Positions 9,168 to 16,479 of a stretch of DNA of 64,000 nucleotides are shown piece after piece (position 1 is the stretch's first letter; each line of letters starts with the position of its first letter). The notes beneath the pieces are model-generated. The model was not told where the DNA came from, ran no database searches, and was given only the letters and a program-made list of their open reading frames with translations. The stretch spans positions 31,638 through 95,637 of the forward strand of contig DASSIL010000178.1 of the NCBI GenBank assembly GCA_035691925.1, given 5' to 3'. Made by a program: the position numbers and the translations under genes. Origin of the DNA: Gemmatimonadales bacterium (GTDB taxonomy: Bacteria > Gemmatimonadota > Gemmatimonadetes > Gemmatimonadales > GWC2-71-9).

Positions 9168-9895
9168 TCGTCACTCCCCAGGTGCGCTCGTGAGGCCCGG
9201 CGATCGGCTCGCTGCCGGAGCGCTCTTACGGAGGTGTGCGCCCTGCGGCGATCGCGTGACGGCAGTCCCAGGCGTGCCAGCGCGAGCCCCGTCAGTTCGC
9301 GCGTCAGCTCGCGATCGCTCAACTGAAGGCGCGGCGAGCGATTCTCGCTGAACAGGATGACGTCCTTGGTCGTCGCCTCGATCATCACCAGCATGCTGCG
9401 CACGGCACGATCGGGATCGACCACCCGCACGCCGCCATCTCCGGTGAACAGCAGCTCCCGCAGGCGCTCGTACACCAGCGTTCCGAATGGCGCCGCCTCG
9501 GAACGGAACACGGCGTCCGGGCGTGTCTGGGCATAGAGCACCAATGCCCGCAGCAGGGAACGATTCCGCCGGTAATGTGCGACCCGCTGACGCACCAGGG
9601 CCGCCACGATCTCGGCGGCGGGCCGCCCCGCCCATGAACGTGGAAAGGAATGGTCGAACCGCGCCGCGCTGCGCGCGAAGTACCGATCGTAGAACGCACG
9701 CAGCAGCGCTTCCTTGTCGACGAACCGGCCGTAGAACGTGCCGACACCGACACCCGCCCTGCGACAGATGTCGACGACCGAGATCTCGGAGATGCCTCGC
9801 TCCGCGAACAGCGCCTGTGCGGCCGTCAGCAGACGGTCGACGGTGCGGCGACTGCGCACCTGAAGGGCCGGGAACGCGCGAACGGGCGGTGGCAT
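9164..9895 (-). CDS. TetR/AcrR family transcriptional regulator
   Basis: The N-terminal HTH block reads TVDRLLTAAQALFAERGISEISVVDICRRAGVGVGTFYGRFVDKEALL. Start is uncertain: ATG 9895 chosen, while the track begins at TTG 9955. Confidence 0.85.
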   Translation of the reverse strand: MPPPVRAFPALQVRSRRTVDRLLTAAQALFAERGISEISVVDICRRAGVGVGTFYGRFVDKEALLRAFYDRYFARSAARFDHSFPRSWAGRPAAEIVAALVRQRVAHYRRNRSLLRALVLYAQTRPDAVFRSEAAPFGTLVYERLRELLFTGDGGVRVVDPDRAVRSMLVMIEATTKDVILFSENRSPRLQLSDRELTRELTGLALARLGLPSRDRRRAHTSVRALRQRADRRASRAHLGSDE

Positions 9896-9900
9896 CGTTG

Positions 9901-9922
9901 AATCCGAACGTGAATTCGGATT
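9901..9922. promoter_or_regulatory. Candidate TetR operator palindrome
   Basis: AATCCGAA-cgtgaa-TTCGGATT is a perfect 8-bp inverted repeat. It sits in a conspicuously AT-richer patch immediately upstream of the TetR ATG (9895) and downstream of a TTGACA hexamer (minus strand, 9955-9950). Confidence 0.5.
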
Positions 9923-10012
9923 TACAATGTGCATCGTTGACGCGGATGGTGTCAAGGCCTTTGAGGGCTCATGCGGCTCGGTTCGCGCGAACGCTGGGAG
10001 GCGCGGAGCCCA

Positions 10013-13000
10013 CTACTTGTCGGTGTTCGCCATCGCCTCGACGTGGCGCCAGCGGCGGATCAGGCCGTCCACCTCGGCGGCGCAGGCGCGGACGGCGTCC
10101 TTCATCCCCTGCGTCGGAGCGGCATCGGCGGCCTCGAGCTCGCGCACCAGGCCGGCGAGGTTGCCGGTCGCGGCACGCAGACCACCGCCGCCGGCGCCGG
10201 CCAGCGCGCGCAGGGAATCCGCGATCGCGTTCCGATCCGCGCCACGCGGGTCTTGCATCCGGCCGATGTCCCGGGACGCCTCCATCCCGCGCTTCATGGC
10301 GGCGATCGCGGCCCGCGTCACCTCCAGCTGCCCGCGCAACGCCGCCTCCGACACGCGCACGCGTGGATCGAGGCGCACGGTGAGCGGGCGCGAGGACGAG
10401 ACGCCGTTCGCGGACAACGTCACGGTGTAGCGGCCGGGCAGCACGAACGGGCCCTGCGGCTCGATCGGCGTGCCTTCCGCCCGCACGGCGGCGATCGTGT
10501 AGGAGTACGCCGGCGCCCACGGCCGGGCGTAGCGCAGATCCCACACGAAGCGATGCATGCCGGGCGTGGCGGCGAGCGCGCGCGGGGCGCGGGTCCACTC
10601 GCGCTCGAAGTAGCGCCGCGCGCCGAGCGATTCCGGCGGATCGGCGCTGGTGAAGCGACGCACGATCGCGCCGGCGGCATCGGTGATGGTCAGCGTCACC
10701 GCCTCGTGCGCCGCGTCCGCCAGCCAGTAGTCGAGCACCGCGCCGGTGGGCGGGTTCTCCCCCAGCGCCGTCTCCGGCGGCCAGGGCGTGTCGTGATTCT
10801 CGCTGCTCCGCAGCCGCACGGCCGGCGCCGGCTGGAACAGATGGACCGGCCGCTGCGCGATCGCCGCCGAGGCTTCCCGCAGCGGCGTGACGTCGTCCAG
10901 CACCCAGATGCCGCGGCCCTGGGTCGCGACGATCACATCGTCCCCGTGCGGCAGCAGGTCCCGCACCCACGTGGTCGGCAGGTTCTGCGACAGCGGCTGC
11001 CAGGAATCACCGTCGTCGAACGACACGTACACGCCGCGATCGGTTCCCGCGTACAGCAGGCCCGGGCGCCCGAGATCGCCGCGCACCACGCTCGTGCACT
11101 CGTCCGCCGGTATGCCGCGCACGATCCGTTGCCACGTGCGCCCGGAATCCGTGGTGCGCAGCAGCAGCGGCTCGCGCCGGTCGATGCGGTGGAGGTCGAC
11201 GGCCGCGTACGCCACGCGCGCGTCGAAGCGCGAGGGATCGATCGCGAACACGACGCCCCATGCCGGCAGCGAGGGTGGCGTGACGTCGCGCCAGGTCCTG
11301 CCGCCGTCGCGCGTGAGCTGGATCAGCCCGTCGTCCGTGCCGACCCACACCAGGTCCGCGGCCAGCGGCGAGGGCGCGATCGCCGAGATCACGCCGAAGC
11401 CGCACTCGCGCGCCGCCGCGGGATCGGGGTCGTCGCACGGCGCGGCATCGGCGCGCTTGCCGCTCAAATCGGGGCTCACGACATCCCAGTGATCGCCACG
11501 GTCGCGGGAGCGGAACAGGTATTGCGAGCCCGTGTAGATCGCGTGCGGCGGCATGGGCGAGATCGCGAGCGGCGTGATCCAGCCGTAGTGGTAGCGCACC
11601 GTGCCGGGCCTGGCGCCGTAGCTACCGATCGGCCACGGCGACACGTTGACGGACTGACGCGTGTCCTCGTCGAAGCGCGACACCCCGCCACCCAGCCCGC
11701 TGCCGAACACGGTGTGGGGATCGCCCGTCATCGGCACCATGTAGTCCCGCTCGTCGCCGCCCACCGGATGCCAGTCGCGGCCGTCGACCACGCCATAGGG
11801 ACCGCGGCTCGCGATCTCGACCGTGCCGTTGTCCTGCTGGCCGCTGTAGACGTGATACGGGAACTGGTCGTCGGCCGCGACGTGGTAGAACTGGCCCGTC
11901 GGCTGGTTGTACCAGCTCGACCACGTGGCGCCGCCGTCGAGGCTGACGGCGGCGCCCTGATCCGAGCCTGCGATCATCGCGCGCGGATCGCGGGGATCGA
12001 TCCACAGCTGATGATAGTCGTCGCCGCCCGGCGAGCCACGCATCACCTCGAAGTGACGGCCGCCGTCGCGCGAGCGCTGGATCGACTGCCCCATCACGAA
12101 CACCGTGTTGGCGTCGTCGGGCGCCACCGTCAGCCGGCCGAAGTAGCTGCTGCCGAGCGACGGGTCGGCATTCACCTGCTCCCAATGCGCCCCGCCATCG
12201 CTCGTGCGATAGAGCCCGCCGCGGCGCGCCACGCCGGCCGTGTCGGCGCCGCGCGCGCGCCCCGCGTCCACGGCGATCGCGGCGTAGGCGATGCGCCCGC
12301 CGCTCCCGCCGGCGACGGCGAGCCCGATGCGCCCGACGCGGCCCTGCGGGAGACCGCCCGCGAGCCGCGTCCAGTGGGCGCCGCCATCCGAGCTGCGATA
12401 CACGCCGGAGCCCGGCCCGCCCTGCGGCTGGAAGTAGTCCAGCCACGGATGCATGCGCATCTGCCACATCGCGGCGTAGACGATGCGCGGCTGCGTCGGA
12501 TCGCATGCCAGATCGACCGCGCCCACCGAGTCGCCCGCCTGGAGCACGGGCTGCCAACGCCGGCCGCCGTCGGTCGTCAGGTACACGCCGCGCTCGGGGT
12601 TGGGCCCGAACGCGTGGCCGATGGCGGCGACCAGCACCCGATCCTTGTCGCGCGGATCGACCAGGATCGCGCCGATCTCGCGCGTGGCCTCGAGCCCGAC
12701 GTGTGTCCACGTCTCGCCGCCATCGTTGGACCGGTAGACGCCCTCGCCCGACATCAGGTCGTAGCGCGTCCCCTCCTGACCGGTGCCGACGTACACCACG
12801 CGCGGGTTGGATGGCGCGATCGCGAGCGCGCCCACCGCCGCGGCGCGCTCGTGCTGCATCAGCGGCTGCCAGGTTCGCCCGGCGTCGCGCGTGCGCCACA
12901 CGCCGCCTCCGGCGGCGCCGAAGTAGTACGTGAGCGGATCCCCCGCCACTCCGGCCACGCTCGTGGCCCAGCCGGCGCGGAACGGGCCGAGCTGGCGCCA

Positions 13001-13129
13001 GCGCAGCTCGCGATACAGCGCGGGCGGGACGGGCTGCGCGCTGGACGGCGCCGCACCGTGCGCCGGCGTCACGCCGAACGCGAGGCTCGCGACCACGAAT
13101 GCCACCAGGATTCGTCGGGGACCGACCAT
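10013..13129 (-). CDS. Secreted BNR/Asp-box repeat protein (sortilin/Vps10- or GH74-like double propeller)
   Basis: Start re-set to MVGPRRILVAFVVASLAFG (13129). It has at least 9 Asp-boxes (SNDGGETW, TTDGGRRW, SSDGGAHW, TSDGGAHW, SRDGGRHF, SLDGGATW, TRDGGRTW, TTDSGRTW, SFDDGDSW). Confidence 0.85.
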   Translation of the reverse strand: MVGPRRILVAFVVASLAFGVTPAHGAAPSSAQPVPPALYRELRWRQLGPFRAGWATSVAGVAGDPLTYYFGAAGGGVWRTRDAGRTWQPLMQHERAAAVGALAIAPSNPRVVYVGTGQEGTRYDLMSGEGVYRSNDGGETWTHVGLEATREIGAILVDPRDKDRVLVAAIGHAFGPNPERGVYLTTDGGRRWQPVLQAGDSVGAVDLACDPTQPRIVYAAMWQMRMHPWLDYFQPQGGPGSGVYRSSDGGAHWTRLAGGLPQGRVGRIGLAVAGGSGGRIAYAAIAVDAGRARGADTAGVARRGGLYRTSDGGAHWEQVNADPSLGSSYFGRLTVAPDDANTVFVMGQSIQRSRDGGRHFEVMRGSPGGDDYHQLWIDPRDPRAMIAGSDQGAAVSLDGGATWSSWYNQPTGQFYHVAADDQFPYHVYSGQQDNGTVEIASRGPYGVVDGRDWHPVGGDERDYMVPMTGDPHTVFGSGLGGGVSRFDEDTRQSVNVSPWPIGSYGARPGTVRYHYGWITPLAISPMPPHAIYTGSQYLFRSRDRGDHWDVVSPDLSGKRADAAPCDDPDPAAARECGFGVISAIAPSPLAADLVWVGTDDGLIQLTRDGGRTWRDVTPPSLPAWGVVFAIDPSRFDARVAYAAVDLHRIDRREPLLLRTTDSGRTWQRIVRGIPADECTSVVRGDLGRPGLLYAGTDRGVYVSFDDGDSWQPLSQNLPTTWVRDLLPHGDDVIVATQGRGIWVLDDVTPLREASAAIAQRPVHLFQPAPAVRLRSSENHDTPWPPETALGENPPTGAVLDYWLADAAHEAVTLTITDAAGAIVRRFTSADPPESLGARRYFEREWTRAPRALAATPGMHRFVWDLRYARPWAPAYSYTIAAVRAEGTPIEPQGPFVLPGRYTVTLSANGVSSSRPLTVRLDPRVRVSEAALRGQLEVTRAAIAAMKRGMEASRDIGRMQDPRGADRNAIADSLRALAGAGGGGLRAATGNLAGLVRELEAADAAPTQGMKDAVRACAAEVDGLIRRWRHVEAMANTDK

Positions 13130-13229
13130 GGCGCGGCGGATGGTACACGAGCTGTTCGACCGTGGCATCGAACGCCTCCGGGTGGTTTAATCACCTCGAT
13201 CGGCGCCCCACCGCATCCCGGAGACCACC

Positions 13230-14033
13230 GTGAGACAGCGCGACCGGATGTCGATCGTTCCCGCCCTTCCCCTGCTCATCGTGATGGCCACGCTGGCGCC
13301 GTGGCGCGCGACGCCGCACGCGTCCCAGACCCGCATGCCCATGCCCATGAGCGAGGCCGCGATGAAGCAGCGCGCGGATCGCTGGTGGGCGACCCATCCT
13401 CGTGTCGGGAAGCAATCCAGCGCAGCGGCGACCGTCACGGTCAACGTCGTGAACTATCAGTTCAACGCGGACGGCAATCCCTTGACCCCCGTCGACACGG
13501 TGAAGATCCACGTCGGCGATACGGTGATGTGGCAGTGGGTGCAGGGAACCCATACCGTCACCAATGGCACCGGCAGCCTCGATCCATCGTCGGGCACGAT
13601 CTTCAACGTCCCGATGGACTCGACGGACCCCACGTTCTCGTACGAGTTCGGCACCCCCGGACTCTACCCGTACTACTGCGTCATCCACGAAGGCACGATG
13701 GCGGGCTACGTCCAGGTTCAGACGGCGGCCGGGGTCGGGCCCGCGCCCGGTGCCAGGCTCGGGTTCACCCGCGATCCCCATCCCAATCCCGCCCGGCGGG
13801 GCGTGAGCTTTTCCTTCGGCCTGCCCCGCGCGGAACGGGCGCGGGTGGAGGTGTTCGATGCCGATGGCCGGCGCGTCGCAATCCCGATCGACCTCGAGCT
13901 CGGCGCCGGCGCTCACGATGGAGCGTGGGATGGACGCCGTGCCGACGGCGGATTCGCCCGCGCGGGGATCTACTACCTGCGGCTCACCCTGCCGGGATGC
14001 CGGGAGAGCCGGCGCGTGACGCTGACGCGGTGA
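13230..14033 (+). CDS. Exported cupredoxin (type-1 blue-copper-like) fused to FlgD/T9SS-type-A-like C-terminal domain
   Basis: GTG 13230 is preceded by GGAGA (alternative ATG 13248). Candidate Cu ligands are H in QGTHTV and C/H/M in YYCVIHEGTMAGY. The C-terminus reads NPARRGVSFSFGLP..VEVFDADGRRV..GIYYLRL..VTLTR. Confidence 0.8.
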   Translation: MRQRDRMSIVPALPLLIVMATLAPWRATPHASQTRMPMPMSEAAMKQRADRWWATHPRVGKQSSAAATVTVNVVNYQFNADGNPLTPVDTVKIHVGDTVMWQWVQGTHTVTNGTGSLDPSSGTIFNVPMDSTDPTFSYEFGTPGLYPYYCVIHEGTMAGYVQVQTAAGVGPAPGARLGFTRDPHPNPARRGVSFSFGLPRAERARVEVFDADGRRVAIPIDLELGAGAHDGAWDGRRADGGFARAGIYYLRLTLPGCRESRRVTLTR

Positions 14034-14061
14034 CGCGGGGGACGGCGAACGGGCGCCCGGC

Positions 14062-16446
14062 TCACAACCGCGCCGGGTAGGGACGCGCCGCGCCTTTGAT
14101 CGTGCGCCACAGGATGCGGTTGAAGAGCTGTGCATCCGCGCGGTCTTCGCCGCTCAGGTCGAGGTGGCGCGACATGATCGCGCTCGTGGTGTGGTCCGGA
14201 TTGCGCTCCGACATCGACACGCCGGGCACGATCGCCGTGAACGGCGAGAGATCCGCCGTTCGCGCGAACGTCAGCGCACGGGCGTGGCGATCGAACTTGG
14301 ACAGGGCCCCGAGCCCGAGCACGCGGTCGATCGTGGCCACGACGTCGGTCGTGTTGGTGAAGCGGTGGACGACTCCGGGGTGGTTGTAGGGCGAGATCGC
14401 CAGCAGCACCGAGCGGTGCGAGTCGACGTGATCGGGGCCGTCCTGGGCGTCGTCTTCGATCACCAGCACGAGCGTGGTGCCCCACAGCCGTGAGTGGGTG
14501 ATCGCCTCGACCACGCGTCCCAGCGCCAGGTCGTTGTCGGCGGCGTACGCGCGCGGCGTCCGCGCGCCGGCCCGTGCTCCCGCCGTATGGTCGTTCGGGA
14601 GCCACAGGATCGTCAGCGCCGGCATCGAATCGCCAGCCGCCTGCCGGTGGAACGCGGTGATCCAGCGGTTCGCCCGCGCGGTGTCCGCCACGTCCAGATC
14701 GAAGCCCGGGTAATCCGGATCCGTGCTCATGGCCAGCCATGGCTTCAACCCCACCCATCTCCCACCCCGGTGCTGGGTGAACTCGCCGTAGTCGCGCAGC
14801 GAGACGCGGGCGCGGTGCGCGAGATCCCACAGGTATCCCTGCGATGGATCGTCCACGTCGTCCGCCGGCACGGGAATGGTGTCGCTCGGCGTGCGCAGAC
14901 GGTGCGAGTAGTAGCTCGGGACCGTCTTCTCCACGTAATCGGGCACGTAGGCGCCCATCGCCCACACGTGACCGTCGCCGCTCACCTCGCCATTGGTGAA
15001 GAAGCGGTCATAGACACCGAACCGCTCGGCCAGCGCGTGTGCGTTGGGGGTGACGGCGCGCGGGAAGTAGACGAGCGAGGAGTCGGCGTCGGCGCCGGCG
15101 AGATCGCCCAGCACCTGATCGAACGAGCGATTCTCGCGAATCACGTAGACCACGTGCCGGAACGGGGGCGGCGCGGGCTCGGCGCGATGGCGCTCCCAGT
15201 GGTTCGCCATCGCGACGCGCAGCGACAGCACGGGAAGGTCATCCGCCCGCGGCGCCGCCAGCAGGCTGAGCGAGCCATGGGTCTGGCCCAGCGTGTACTG
15301 CGAGACCTCGCGCGGTCCCCGGCGGTCGGGCTGACTGAGCCCGGGGTTGGCCGCGGTTCCCCCGCCCTTGCCGTTCAGCGCCCACAGCGAGTCGCCGCGC
15401 GTGAGCACGGCCTCGGGGTACCACTCCACCGGGATACGGCCGAGCAGGGAATCGCGTTCGGCGGCGCCGGCAACGTTCGAGCTGGCCGCGCCCAACGCGA
15501 ACACGGCGACCGAGTTGTTGTCCGCTTCGGCCACGTACAGCGTCCGGCCATCGGGCGACAAGGCGAGCCCGTTGGGAGTGCTGCCCTCGTGCGGGCTGTC
15601 CGGGATCGCATCGTCGAGCACGGCCACCGTCGAGTCCTGCCTGGTATCGACGATCGCGATGCGATCGCTCGCGGCGCAGGTGGTGTAGAGCCGGGCTCCC
15701 GCGCGATCGAGCAGCAGCGCCGAGGGATGGCGGCCCACGGCGATCCTCGCGCCCGGAGACAGCCCGTGCGCGCCGGGTGTGAACGTGGCGATCCACCCAT
15801 CGCCCCACGCGGACACGTACACGCGACCATCGGCGCGCACGGCGACGCCATACGGATATCGCCCGGTCGCCAGGCGCTCGACCACGCGCGCGGTGGCGAG
15901 GTCGATGACCGCGAGCGAGTCCACCAGGTTCTCGGCCACGTACAGCCACCTGCCATCCGGCGAGCACGCCAGGCCGGCGGGATAGACCTGGACGCGCTCC
16001 GGACCGGGAGGAGGACCGAGCGCGATGCTGTCCGCCAGCGACGCGGAGTCCCCGCGCCACGCGTACGTGTACACCCGGTTGCGGCCGCCACCCGACACGT
16101 ACAGCGCGTGGCCGTCGGGCGCGAATGCCGCGCCGACGAAGGCCGAGGGTTGGACCACGGTCTGGACGACCCGGCGCCCAGCCGGGTCGATCACCTGAAT
16201 GCCCTGCTCGCGGTAGCCGGACAGCACCGCGACGATGCGGCTCGAGTCCGGCGAGAACGTCATGGCGACCGGCATGGAGCCCAGGTCGATGGAGCTGCCG
16301 GCGGGATCGAGCCGCGCGCCGGTCGGAAGCCAGCGGCCGCGGTCACCACCGAAGCGGCAACCCGCACACACGAGCGCCAGACAGATCGCCACTCGTAGCC
16401 CAGGAACGTGCGGCGGCATGGGGCGGGATGTTGGCATCTGCCCCAC
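14062..16446 (-). CDS. YVTN/YncE-type beta-propeller fused to phosphoesterase (PLC/acid-phosphatase AcpA family) domain
   Basis: N-terminal propeller units read SPDGRWLYVAEN..SLAVIDL, RYPYGVAVRADGRVYVS and SPDGRTLYVAEADNNSVAVF. The C-terminal block reads VVYVIRENRSFDQVLGDL...GDGHVW...WLPNDHT...EDDAQDGPDHVDSHRS. Start is uncertain (16446 or MPPHV.. at 16419, with a lipobox-like LVCAGC). Confidence 0.85.
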   Translation of the reverse strand: MGQMPTSRPMPPHVPGLRVAICLALVCAGCRFGGDRGRWLPTGARLDPAGSSIDLGSMPVAMTFSPDSSRIVAVLSGYREQGIQVIDPAGRRVVQTVVQPSAFVGAAFAPDGHALYVSGGGRNRVYTYAWRGDSASLADSIALGPPPGPERVQVYPAGLACSPDGRWLYVAENLVDSLAVIDLATARVVERLATGRYPYGVAVRADGRVYVSAWGDGWIATFTPGAHGLSPGARIAVGRHPSALLLDRAGARLYTTCAASDRIAIVDTRQDSTVAVLDDAIPDSPHEGSTPNGLALSPDGRTLYVAEADNNSVAVFALGAASSNVAGAAERDSLLGRIPVEWYPEAVLTRGDSLWALNGKGGGTAANPGLSQPDRRGPREVSQYTLGQTHGSLSLLAAPRADDLPVLSLRVAMANHWERHRAEPAPPPFRHVVYVIRENRSFDQVLGDLAGADADSSLVYFPRAVTPNAHALAERFGVYDRFFTNGEVSGDGHVWAMGAYVPDYVEKTVPSYYSHRLRTPSDTIPVPADDVDDPSQGYLWDLAHRARVSLRDYGEFTQHRGGRWVGLKPWLAMSTDPDYPGFDLDVADTARANRWITAFHRQAAGDSMPALTILWLPNDHTAGARAGARTPRAYAADNDLALGRVVEAITHSRLWGTTLVLVIEDDAQDGPDHVDSHRSVLLAISPYNHPGVVHRFTNTTDVVATIDRVLGLGALSKFDRHARALTFARTADLSPFTAIVPGVSMSERNPDHTTSAIMSRHLDLSGEDRADAQLFNRILWRTIKGAARPYPARL

Positions 16447-16479
16447 CCCCGTGCAAAGCCGGATGTTCCCGGGCTGCGA

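Noticed and set aside
9971-14080. 1369-aa plus-strand ORF
   Set aside because: It is low-complexity Arg/Ala/Gly-rich and antisense to the BNR/Asp-box gene, which has 9 clear Asp-boxes. It also overlaps the cupredoxin gene in another frame, so it is a stop-free frame caused by GC content.
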